Shown one piece after another: positions 29,749 through 42,397 of a DNA stretch of 64,000 nucleotides (positions within the stretch are counted from its first letter, which is position 1; each line of letters starts with the position of its first letter). The position numbers and the translations under genes were made by a program. The notes under the pieces were generated by a model. The model saw only the letters and a program-made list of their open reading frames with translations. It had not been told where the DNA came from and searched no databases. Source of the DNA: Balanoglossus misakiensis (lineage: Eukaryota > Animalia > Hemichordata); contig CM082576.2 of the NCBI GenBank assembly GCA_040954595.2, forward strand, positions 10,171,129-10,235,128. The letters run 5' to 3'.

Positions 29749-32700
29749 ACTCCCCTCACATTTTGCGCACTAGAGGAAGCGATGAACCGACTCAGGGAAC
29801 GCAAACATCTCTCTGTGATTATTGCCAAAATGAAGGCGATTGCGTGGTAGACCATGAAAGTACGGACACTTGTCATTTTATATTACGCTTATCATAATTA
29901 CGTTTTTTCTTCGTATACATAATGAAATAAAAATGACTATCACGTACATCAGTGTGTCCAAGTTCTCTTGACGAACGATCCACTGACTGCGCATGCGCTG
30001 TGCTGACACGATGTGTGACCGAACGTGACCAGGACATTTGTTGTTCTGGAATAGTAGACGTTTATAGACCAGAATTATGACTAAAATAATTTTAAATACT
30101 AGTAAATAACGTCTAATTAAAAATTGTGTTTAAAAGTACTAGTTTGACAAGAGCGTAACTTATGCATTCCGAGTTAAATTATTATTATTCAGTGGACCAC
30201 AAATAATATAAAAGACCCATCGACGTATATATAGTTTCAGAGAATTGCGGAAATGCGCTAATAGTCGCTATTAAACTGTTTCGATTTTTTTCATCCGAAA
30301 TAAGAAGAACAGGGTATAGAAGGGGTTTACAGTCAAGTGGATATTTAATGAAAAGTCACCGTTTTGTGCGATTGAAAGAGCTCAACACCACACCTAGTTT
30401 TCAAGGCAACTCCGTTCTAATCACGAAAGACCAGGCTAATTGTTTTCTCTTTAGAAGCCAGAGAGTGCGTCACCGGCGTGCCCGCTTATTCGTCGCATAT
30501 ACACGCGGCACTGTCGGGGGGAATAACGGCGAGTCTATCTGTACTGTGGACGGTGCAACTTGCGCGGCACACTGATTCGCAGACGGCCTGCGGGGAGAAG
30601 TGCGCTACGATTTTTGGGCGGCAAGGGTCAAATGTTCAAATCTGCAATCCGGCATGAATGTAGACAATGGTGGCGTAAGACAGGTAAGGGCTCTATACTG
30701 GTGTAAGTTGTAGAACCAGGTGCAAAGATAGATATGTGTGAAAGGCCAAGTGAGTCTCTTTGCTATACTTTGGCATTATGGCCAGATAAGTTCACCGTCA
30801 CCTCTTCATTAGTTCATTACCAGGTCATCGAAGTTTAAAATATTAGCCGAGAGCCTGCTAAACTGTGTTGAGGGTAACGTAGTAGCGTTGATGTTGGCCG
30901 AGAAAAGTGAAATGGGGAATTTTTTCGGCCGACCCAATTTCATTAACTTGGAGAGTGACAGCTGTGTAGGCTCTATCGTCATTCTCCGGTTTATTTGACA
31001 TTGCCCATGATGCTATACAGGTAAACGTGTGGGATAACAAAGAGGTATTGAGTGCCGGCCATCTAATAACCAAGGAAAGACGTATTGTCACAAATACTTG
31101 TGCCAAAGTTCAAGTTTAAAACATCGTATAGTACACTTTTTATCACAACAGTTATTCGAAAAATCTGACCATAATACAAAAATGTAGCTCCCTTGTCCAG
31201 TTGCGGGAGTTTTCTCGTATATACGTACGCGCTTTTTATGTGCGATGTAATTTCTGCAAACAAAGTTTTAAGTAAGAAAAGAAAACAACCGATTTAGCAA
31301 AGAAATTCGTTCAGGCAACGAAGGTGACTGTTTATAAAAACGGAGCAAAAATGACGACTAACTTTTGTCACTCCATTCCAAAGGTAAATAAAGGTTTCTT
31401 TGTCGTTCCAACCTCCTGCAGCTATTCTTGTCATTACGGTGACTTGATTACAATTGTATTTTTCCGCTCGTTTTTTTTTTCTAAATATTTCTTTGCTGTG
31501 CCCACTTCTTCGTATTACTGTAGCTGTTCCATGCGACAGCTTATCAAACGACGCGAAGCATAAGGGGGGACCGTGGTTGACTGCGGAGCTAAGAAACTGC
31601 GACGTCGCGACTCAAATTTAGAAGTCGCCTTAGGACTTTCCTCGGGTTGGGTGTTCATTGAGCATTGTATGCGGGTGTCTACGTGCGAGATCGTGTAACT
31701 AAGAAAGTATCCGGGGCGACTGTTTTTCGCTACTCCCCGACCCCCATCTGGTCGCCTCCTAACCCGGTCTATCGTTACCCCAACGGCATTGTTCAGTGCA
31801 GTATCAAATCACAACATCGAGCCGAACTTTAAAAACGAGGCTAGTATTAGCTTTCAACGGGGTGAGGCAAAACATGGCAGACAGTCGACAGTTTCACCGA
31901 GAGACGCTAAAAAGGACGAAGACATTTACAAGGCTGTAGGTGGGTTCATCATTTTGGTCCAGGGACATCACGAATCAGTATGATATCTATATTGAGTTTA
32001 TTTCATTGTCCGGATCCGCAAACGTCCAACTTCATCTTGAAGCCAACTGTGGATTAGTCGGTTATGATGGCAGAATGTTGTTCCAATTTCTGCTCAAGAA
32101 TACGAAATGCGAAATTAGCGTGTTACGTTGACTTCTAACGCATCATTTTCAGTAAGCCAGGTAGAATGCCGAATAACACGTGAACGAAAACTCGTTTTAG
32201 AAAAAAATGACGTCGATAAAAAGAAACATGTCGCAAATTAGGAGGGCGATTGTTCTGTAACTTGTGGTAATTAATTCTTGTAAAGTCCATCGTTTGAGTT
32301 TGCAAAGTTGGACTCGCAGTAAGCTAAGACGTATGCACTTACATAAATGGTTGTTGAATAATACAGCCACGTTGTTGACACTATTTTAAAGATAACTTGA
32401 AAATAATCAACATTTTTGAAAAGTTCCTGACAAACCAGTGTTCGCCATTCTATCCTGGTGAGATCAAAGTTGAAACACCGACACAGCACAGAGTGCATGT
32501 TTATTTTCCGTGGAACGACATTTTTCGACGACATTTAAACAATTATCGAAGTAATTGATACTCCGTTTCTCAAGCCAACAATATAACACGCTTGGTGAGA
32601 TGCGAACGGCCCCTTTTATTCGAACATGGCGAGTTGTGGGTTAGGAATATTGGAATGTTTCAACAACAGTATATCATATTGCTCGGCATTTTTTGTGGTT

Positions 32701-33913
32701 ACGGGTACACGTAAAACTCGTAGATGCGGCTTTAAAATTGCTTCCATTTGGAACGGAAACAGACTGAATTTGAGATTCGAAACATTTCCGAGACTTCCAT
32801 CAGGAATTTCCCTCTCTTACTTTGGAAAGCAATGTCGACGACCGACGCCAATGCCCGGATGTACTGACGATAAGATAACCTTGCTCTTTATCACGATTGT
32901 CAGTACGCATTTCATTCACCGATTGTTATAAATGTTGGAAAGTAGATTGCGAATGTCTTTGAAGAAGGAAAGTCACGTATATTCTCCCAGACAGATGTAT
33001 GAGTACGTATGGCAGACTGTCACACCGCAATTTGGGGATTAAAATTACCAACTTCACAGATTTTGGCTTTTTTTCGACCAGTTTTGAATATTTTTGTTCT
33101 GTGTACCAACCATGGTTTTTTGTTCAGTCCTCTGGAGGAGGTTTGTATGCCAATTCTTTACCCTTTCAATATAACCCATGTGAGTATAATCGACATTGTT
33201 ATTGTTAAAATTGTGTTCAAGTATACGGACTTCAATGCATTTGGCAACAACAACAATGGTCGGTACCGTCACATACGCATGATTTGTTGACAAGCAGAAA
33301 ATAGTTTGTTGAGATACTGTTGGGAGAACATGAAAATGGAATTGATACACGGAACAAATATTACTGAAAAAAATAACCAGATATCTGTTCGCTTGGATGG
33401 TATCAATGACGCAAAAGGCAAGACTTACTTTAACGACCGTTCAATCGCGCCACTGTTTTCTATACAAGGAGTTACAATTGATGCGAAGCATATTGCCAGC
33501 GGTGAACCGTTTGAGAAACAGATAGGTGTGTAATGTAGATAAGTAACGGATAGTCACCGTGCAGTGAATGTCGTAAACGAATGAACGAACATTTGAAACT
33601 TACTGGGGGACTTTTCACTTTTCAACACCACTTCAACATTGATACTTAAGAAAACGCATTAGCTTTGCCTTGGTGCATGGGGATGTGTATATTTTGTGAC
33701 TAAGTATAGTGGTTGTGATGTCACAAAATTGTCCATGGGTGTTAAAGGGGTGTAGTCATTACGTTGATTTTAAGAATTCACGCAAGAAGTTTCTTTGCAT
33801 ATTCGAAATCAAAATAACCCCAATAATATGTTTATCTATCACTTAGGATTGTGGATGACCATGCCACCCCCTGATGCGGTCACGTGGTAACAGTGCTGCC
33901 CCGACTTGTTGCC

Positions 33914-36900
33914 ATGGTGACCGATCTGGTGTACAACAATACAGAGACGCCTCTGGATGCACCGGATGCAACATTTCGTATTATCTCGTCGGAACTTCTC
34001 CGCGTTGTCATGTGGACCGTTGCCTTGGTAGCCGTCCTTGGTCACGCCGTCATTCTCTTCACGAGGCTATATCATCGGAAAGAGACGCCATCTTTTGCGG
34101 TGCTTTTCACATCACTGTCAGTTGTACACGTTCTCATCGCCTGTTACATTGGAATACTTGCATCAATGGATTCGTATAGCAGTGCTGTCACGGGTACGAC
34201 AAAACTGGAGTGGACCTTCCGTCCCGTATGTAAATTTATTGGATTTTTAGGCGCATTCTCCACTCAGATGTCGCTATGGATTCTGCTGTCTGTGTCTGTT
34301 ACGACATATTCACAACAACTTTTCCCACGGAGACTCAAAATAAAAAAGAATCACACGCTTGCTTTTGGTGCCATTCTCACAGCTGAAGTTTGTTTTGTAG
34401 CAGTGGTTGCAGCATTACCTTTGATCCCTTACTTCGAGTCTGCACTTCAAGCAGACGACAATGTATTTTGTCTCAGGATATTCTTCCCGCCTAATTCATC
34501 GTGGGACTACAGCGCCTTCGTGACGTCACTCACCGGCATTTGGATCGTCTTCGTCTTCGTGTGTTTTTGTTTAGCCAGCTGTCAGTTGCGCAGGCGGAAA
34601 CGAACAAGTGTACACGCCATCCCAAACGAACTCATGAACACCAAAGACGGCAGTACCAGAGTAAGGAGACTGGCCTACGTTTTGCTGTTGCACGTTGTCT
34701 GCTGGACACCTGCGATGGTGGCCATATTTTGCATTTATGCCAATGTACCAGTCACCGTCGAGATCGGAGAGTGGTTGGTCGGTGTGGTTATACCTTTAAG
34801 TTCGGCACTCCATCCGATTCTATACTTTGTGCAAGCAGTCAGAAGTCAGGATGAGCTAATAGAGCTATTTACATCATTCAGGACAAAGGGTAGGTCGGTG
34901 AAAGCGCAATTTTAGCACAGAGTCCAATATTGACATTCGTGTTTCCTGATCTTGGCTCCAGAACGATTTGGACCACCACATTTTGATATCGTTTGTTTAT
35001 CGTTCAATAGAAAAGCCTAATTTTTGTCAACATTTCATGTTACATGATGATTATTACAATTGTTCAAGAACATATTGCTAAAATACTTCATGTATGGGCA
35101 TGACAATTAATATTGGCATACTTCATCGACAGCTCCACCAGAGAAAGCACCCATAATGCAAGTCAGCAGAAATGCGCCAGTCAGTGTGACCTGGCTAGAA
35201 TCACAAATTACATCAGCCGAGGAGAGTAAAGAGGTTAGATTTGTGGGAGCTCTTGATTCAACAGCTCGTAATATTTTGTCACATTTGCGAAAAGGTGTCG
35301 TCTGGGAATTTTTACCGTTCTGAGAAACTTAAGATTAGGCTAACAGTATTTCGTCTACTTCCAAAAATGTACATATTCCAGGTGGGGCAATAAAATCCGC
35401 ATCGCTTCTTGGATCAGTGCTGTATTTTATGAAAGGTTCAATTCTACTTAGTTTGATATTTGTCCATGGTTTGTTTTCAGAGTAAAGCCCTCGTTGAGTG
35501 GAGCGAAAATGATGAAACCACTCCACTTGGAAGCCTCAAATTATTCCACCCGTCCAGGGCCAAAATGTGGCAAAAAGAAATCAAGATTCTTCTGAGATTA
35601 TCGACTCACGGTCGCCATGTTAATATCTCTGAATATATGTGGCATTCAGACAGCAGTCACACGACGATCGCAAACTGCCCGCCAAATATCTGGCGCCATC
35701 TTGAAAATCATAACAGGCAAGTAAATCGTACTCAAACTCACTGATAACAAAATGGCCAGGGTACAATTTCACTGGCGATTTTTCTTTGCCCAGACTTCTT
35801 ATCTACACAGCATTCATGAAAATCAGCAATTTTTCAAAATGGGTAAATATTTGTTGTACGATGTTATCTGATTCGTCAACCAGCGCAAACAGGAACATGT
35901 CCGAATCGTGTCCTTTTCTGCACGATGCAAATGTGGCCAAAAGTCAGGCCGACTACAAATCCCAGCACGTTTACCCATTCATGTGTAATTGATGATTGTT
36001 CGTACTTGGGATGGACAGAGTTGATATCCTGGGGGATCTGGAAGATTTGTTGAAAAAAGGACATAAATATTGCCACAGTAAATAGAAAAGACAAACCAAA
36101 AGGATGCTGGATTTTATTTTCTACTATCAGTCTACCTGGTATCTGGTGGTCATTGTATATTTTTTCAGCATGCAAGTCAACGATATATCCAAAGAAGATC
36201 ACCTGGGCTATCTGTTTTTCCTGAGCCGCACTTGTTTCATATCCTCTGTTCATATCATACTCTTCAACCCCAATTAGAATCGTTCTTCATTTGTAAATTT
36301 TGCACAGATATATCTGCTGTACCTTCTACAAACATGGACCACTCAGACGCTTCTTCATCAACCACAAAAGTAGCCTATCAGATGCACATATCCATTCAAT
36401 AGCCAATCAGATCGTTGACGGGCTTCGATATTTACATAAAGCGAGTATTGTACACAACAACGTCACCTCAACGAGTGTTTTGATTGGTGGAACCACCCAG
36501 GTAAATTAACATTTTTATCGTACAACAGTTTTAATTAATAATAATAACAGCTGGAACACGGTAGAGTTGTAATCCAACATGCAAGTAGACATGTAAATAC
36601 CTCACGACGTAATTTTTGGTCCGTATCATAAATTGTGTTATGGAAAAATTCACACACGATGATGTAAGAACCCATACTGAATTGCGACGATTCAACTGAC
36701 ATTTAGCATTCAGCACACCTGAATGAGGGAATATGAATCAAGCGTCACATACCCTTCTCTTGTTTTATGCAGACAATGGTCCTGCAGGCGGTTCTGTCGG
36801 ATTTCACGAAGGCCATTGACGTTTCCGATGCAAACGATGGTCGACCCGCCGATTCCTCCACGCGCGCGGCCGGTTCTGACAGAACTCCGAAGTTCGCCGG

Positions 36901-39900
36901 GAGATATCGCTTCTGTGTCGACATAAGATCTTTCGCGCTGGTCTTATTAGAAATGCTGTCGTGGTTGCACCAGAACACCGTTTCATCGGCACCAGCCAGG
37001 AGTTCCGCACAGAAAAAATCATACAACCAAATCGCAGTTTATCATGTTTCATCAAGAGGAGACGCGGTTTACGATACAAAGCAAACTCTGTCGGGGAGAA
37101 CAGCCGACAGTCGCCAACCACAGAAAGTGAACGGCATCAATCCGATAGCACCCATCTCGATCTCGGAGCCCCCGTCCAAGCAAACTGGTCCGTACCACCA
37201 CAACCCACATATAGGGAAGGCCAATCACAACCACGTGAGATCAACCCCAAACCTCATCCAGTTCACGGAAAAGCCAAACGTGACAAACCCTGCCATCCTC
37301 ACTCGACCAACCCCAGCGCAGCCACCGAGAGACAGCAAAACTACCGTCGCGACGCCGCCGGACAAAAGCACCATCCTGAATGTCCGACAGGCGCCTCTGG
37401 AGAATCAAGTGGACACCACGATGGACGACCACGATTCGCCGCCGAAGTTCCGACATTCGCTGTGGAGTCCGTTTACCGCTCCGCCGCCGAAGAAGGGAAA
37501 CGCCTTCTTTGTTACAGAATCTTCCTCGTATAAGGGTACGGGGAAGAGTTCTACATTGAAACACGTTCACCACTCGAACGACATCAACGCAATTAAACCG
37601 CCATCTCAGGGAATCTCAGGCGATGCAAGACCAAGCATTCAACGAGGACAGTTAAAGGCTTGGCCCAGTGACAATTCGTGCTACTACGAGGACATAACGG
37701 AGCGCGAATACGAAGAAGTGTTCGTGAAAGCCGCGGATGCAAAATTGATATCTGGCCAAACATCAGACACGAGTTACGAATCTCACACAAGACAAAATGC
37801 TCAAAATACGTTCCTGAATTCCAGCTCAAAATCAGACGTGCATTATAATTCTCACATGAGAAATCCAAACCAAATCGCGAACAGTAGAGTTTCGCACAAG
37901 CATGCCAAATCATTACATCCTCCACGGGGCTTGACTGGAGTTAATGTTTATGATTCTCGAGAGACAGACCATTGCAATATTTCCAGTAAAAATGTTTCAA
38001 ATCTCCGTCCGCGCACAGGCAACGTCGCGAAATCGAGGCCTTTGGGTGCGGGACTGGGGTCGGACAACAGGGCACCCCAAGAGACATCGATTCGCAAATC
38101 TTTGGAGCAACACGGTCAGCCCAAACCGAATCAAAACTTTCAAAAGAGTGTCTCTCGCACTCGGGAGGATGTGAAAGAACAGAGGTCGTACAACAAATCG
38201 CACGTTTCGCGCGCAACGGCTGCACCGATTCCGATTCCAGTCACCACTGATTCAACTATAGTTACACTTATGGGTTCGGGAGAACTGGCCCCTGGCTATT
38301 CCGTGCCACAGGCCCAAGGCAGGCCTGCTAACAACTCCCAGAAAGTGAATACACCTGCGGTGGGTTACTCGTCACGTAATGCTAACGAGAACGTTGGCAG
38401 GACAGACGCGGACACCGGGAAAATCTTCCCAGGGGCTTATGAAAGTGTATTGAGCAACAGCAATCAACAGCGACCAAAAAAGTTCCCCCAAACGGTAAGA
38501 ACGCGCAGTGCGGCCAAATCGCCAAGTTCACAAAGACCTGGAAATCGTGACAGAAAGAAGCCGATGCTACATCATGTACATAGACACACGGGGAACGGTA
38601 AGCGCATTAATTTGGCGGACAAGATGCAGAAACTTGCAGCCACCAAGAAGCAAAACCGCAAGAGAGCGCCCCCAGCGTCGCCTTCGCATTTTGAGAACAC
38701 GACTGGATCTAGTACCACGATGTATTCGGTCAGTTCAGTTTCGGATGACCCTGATCAGGCAAACCACGAACTTACTTCCGCAGTTACGACCGAAAACTCA
38801 TCAACGGCGCCCGTTTCCATGGCAGCATCTGGTACCAAAACAACGCCATCAGGAGGAATACCGAAGGAATGTATTTCGACGCAAGTGCACTGTCACCACG
38901 TACCATCAAAGCATTCAAACAAAACCCCGGCTGTTAAAGGGGAAACGTCTAAATTTTTAAAACTGTCAGTTCAAGAAGATGATCGCAAAGAACGGAGGAT
39001 TTGGTCTGAAAAAGACCCTAATACTATTGCGGAAACAAAACAAAGTAGGTTGGTTGAAAATTCCGCTGGAGTGGCGCACGCAAATGGAACTATGAAGCAG
39101 TTGTCTTCAGACAAAGGAAGCGCATTTGGTATGAAACTCGCCGGTGGACAAAATCGACCGAAAAATGCAAACGATTCTCCTCACACCCGCAGTAAAGATA
39201 CAATTCAGAAAGCACCTCGCGAAATCTCTCCAAAAACGCCAAGAATCGCGAAAACCGCCAATAATGTTTCCAGTAGAATCATTGTTTTCGAGAGATACGC
39301 TGAAAAATCGACCGCGAAAGCCATAGTCGGAAATCCGTCATCAAATACTGGATACCGAGTGCAAAGTGGCGACCCAACCGGTCAGTCGGCCGGACCGTTG
39401 GGAGGGAGCCAATCACAGCAGCGCACGGGACCATCTGCCAAACATCACGACCAATTACACAGTGAGTCGGGGACGTCATTAAAACTTGCCAACCAATCAC
39501 AACAGCGGGGGCGACCACAGCAGGCAGATGTCAGCGACGAGGACATAAATCTGTCGGATAACGAAGCTTTATCTGGAATCCATCAGCAACACGTGGAGTA
39601 CCATCGGGAATTGAAGATGCTCTTTCCTTGGTTGGTTTCAGAGCATTTATTTCCATGTAGCCAGGATAAGCTGGTCGAGATTCTGAAGCCACTTGCCATG
39701 GAATCTGAAACCGGAAATCTTCGACAAAGTGTGAGTAGCAGTATTTGTACCTTCCTGTTGTTTACGTATTTGGTTGTTTACAATCAATCAATAATTAATT
39801 AATTAATCAATCAATCAATAATTAACATTGAATGCAGTCAACATTGTTATGGTTGAAAATTGTCATTCTCTGGCAGTATCAGTATCAGCAGAAGCACAGT

Positions 39901-40096
39901 CCCTCAAGAAAGAGGGACTGCGGCAGAAGACAATCAACTTTGAAGACAGCTCCCTCGGTGGTGACTTTTTACGTATAACTTTGTTTTTCCTCAGCTCCTG
40001 AAGATCGTTGTGCACTGTTGGACGAGCCGACCAGCGCCGACAGCTGATCAAGTGAAGGCAATGCTGACGGATTCTCTCCCTGTCACAGAAATATGA
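33914..40096 (+). CDS. Predicted class A 7TM receptor (RXFP/GRL101-like TM domain) fused to a C-terminal pseudokinase, ~1521 aa
   Basis: Exons 33914-34889 (7TM; start at gccATGG), 35133-35233, 35481-35716 (LK, WQKEIKIL, HVNI), 36308-36500 (QIVDGLRYLH..IVHNNV), 36773-39730 (SDFT, DIRSFALVLLEML, long insert) and 39995-40096 (HCWTSRP). Phases 1,0,2,0,0 all match; one donor is GC. The N-terminus is uncertain. Confidence 0.75.
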
Positions 40097-41458
40097 ATCG
40101 TGGATAATTTAATTAAGAGCCTACTAAAATATTTTATCTCGGAGAAACCAAAGCCAGGATCCTACATACCAGTCACTTGTTTATCGCCTTTAGGGAATGT
40201 ACATTTTCAACTTCAGTATTACATGTAATCAATTTTGAAATACTGTGCAATGAAAATTTAAAAGCGACCATTTCTATCAACAACTGATGGTGGAACACAA
40301 AAGAAATGAGTGTAGTCCGTGACAAACAATGCCAAGTGCTACACACCATCAGGGATTTCAAAATGAATGAGCGAACAAGAACACTGGAATGGCGAGAATT
40401 AGCTGGACCAAAACAATTCCCTTTGTCCATCAATTACTGATGTGCAGCATGCTATATCCAATGCTAAATCTCAGAGAAATCTGCAATTCTGGAGCACAGA
40501 AGGGTACATTGTGGTAGGCTGGAAGATCTATCACTTTCCTCAGGGAATACAGGGAAATCGACTGTTCCACACCTCACAAGAAGTTATCTGGTCAAATACA
40601 GTTTCCCAATATTTTTATTTGCATGGGACATTTTCTTTAATTATCAATATTTCTTGTCGACTAGGCAAACTGTATTCAGTTAATCTTGTTTGAATTGAAT
40701 ATATTTATTGCGTATTGCTTTAATGTACATTATTTTATACAGCTGCCCCAGAAACATATTTACAAACATCGACCCAAAACAGCTAGCAGTTGTCTATTTA
40801 TAAGTAATCTACAATCTACGTTTACAGTACTGAGACTTGTTTAATGGAGCAAAACGTTTCATTCAGCATTTTCGGGGGCTGAGTAGCACATTATACAACA
40901 ACACTAATTAGTTATTGCTACCACCTGAACGCAAAGTTTGTTCATAAAAATCAAATATGGACCATATGGAGGGAGTTCCTTGTCAAATCAAACATGTTGT
41001 CTGATACCAGAGGCCAATGGGCCTGTTTTTCAGAAATTTACCTGTATACCTAATAAAGAGGGTCAATCAGTGGTTTTTGCGTTTCTTGGAGAATGACCGG
41101 GTGTGTTAATTTTTCCAGCATTTTTTGCACACACTCATTGAATTTGGTACACACCCCTTAGAGTGTTTTACTAAGCCTACCTTGCAACAGGTTGTTGTGC
41201 GTATTCTGCATTGATATCACAAATTTTCAACTGTTAAAACCCAATAATATGCTTTGTACAGAAGTTTTACTCACACACCAATTCATTCAGTAAACAATCC
41301 AGCCTTTTCTGCTTGCTTGTCGTCTGCTCAAAACTGATAGTCTGGACCCTACATTTGCATTCAACATTTGGTAGCAAACAGCAGTTGCTTCTTCCCACCC
41401 CTTCCCCCCACATTTACACGACTTTTAAATTTACAGATAACAAAAAGTTTGGGACTTA

Positions 41459-42397
41459 CCGTATATTCTCACAAATAAGCGCCACTTTTTAACCATTTCA
41501 AATTTTGGTGGCGCCTAAACAAAAGCAGAAATGAGTCTTTCAAGAACCGATGGCGCTTATTCATGGGTCGCCCTGTATATACTGACTGTACCCTGTTGAT
41601 TCATATGCAAATGATTTGGGACGTTCCAATCAGTGTTCTGGTAAGGGGTGTCCGCACTGAATGAATGGCTGTTTCGAATTCATATGTAAAGTTTTAACAT
41701 TTTCTATTCAAATACAGTCAGTTCAATGTATTGTCTAATAAATATTCCAGAAATAAAAAGTTGTCAACGAAGTGAATACTACGAGCAGCATTACAGTATG
41801 CTGGCTGAACCATCAACAAAATCTACTGACGTATAGTAGTTTAGTCCAAGTGCGTCTTTGTAATGCTCTCACACATGTAAGGTCAGGCAAGGTTGCTGAA
41901 TACTCACGTTGCGTGAATATTCATGAGAAAATTAATACCGCAAACATTCACAACTTGAAACTAGTCCTATATATTTCAAAGCCCTGGCAATATGGTCAAA
42001 CTTGGGTGGTAGTGCCGGTAAGCGGCTGCCGATCGATCGACAGGAAAAAGACGAGTGTCTAGACGCCCGGCACCTGTGTCTTTTGCAGTGAATAATAATT
42101 TACATAAATTAGGAGGTTGACATGTGCCGATTTCATCTTGTAAATAAATAGCACATCAGCCCAAAGCATGCATTGTCTGCTCAGGTCAATTATTATTCAC
42201 GCAGCAAGCCCCCGTTGTTTTTGACAAGACCCCTAAACAGGTGTTACCCCGGTAGTACTTGCCATGATTCACGTACGTCCACACACCTCAAAAAAAAAAA
42301 AAAAAAATTCCTGGCGCTTAATTTTAAGTAAAAAGTAGCAAAGTCAGGTATCACTGGCGCCTAATCAAGGGTGGCGCTTATTTGTGAGAATATACGG
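41459..42397. mobile_element. Non-autonomous Tc1/mariner-pogo-type DNA transposon (MITE), 939 bp
   Basis: Perfect 27-bp terminal inverted repeats ccgtatattctcacaaataagcgccac (41459-41485) and gtggcgcttatttgtgagaatatacgg (42371-42397), flanked by TA on both sides; no transposase ORF. Confidence 0.9.

Noticed and set aside
30348-32931. Short ORFs and isolated strong donors (30683/30684, 31383/31384) upstream of the 7TM gene
   Set aside because: No recognisable domain and no phase-consistent chain could be built; they may be UTR exons.
33872-33874. In-frame TGA upstream of the 7TM ORF read as selenocysteine or as a pseudogene lesion
   Set aside because: No SECIS was identified, a strong Kozak ATG lies downstream at 33914, and the rest of the gene is open over about 4.5 kb.
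39877-39957. Possible extra exon (SVSAEAQSLKKEGLRQKTINFEDSSL) before the last kinase exon
   Set aside because: It needs a weaker phase-1 donor, leaves an intron under 40 nt, and does not rejoin the frame of the subdomain XI exon.
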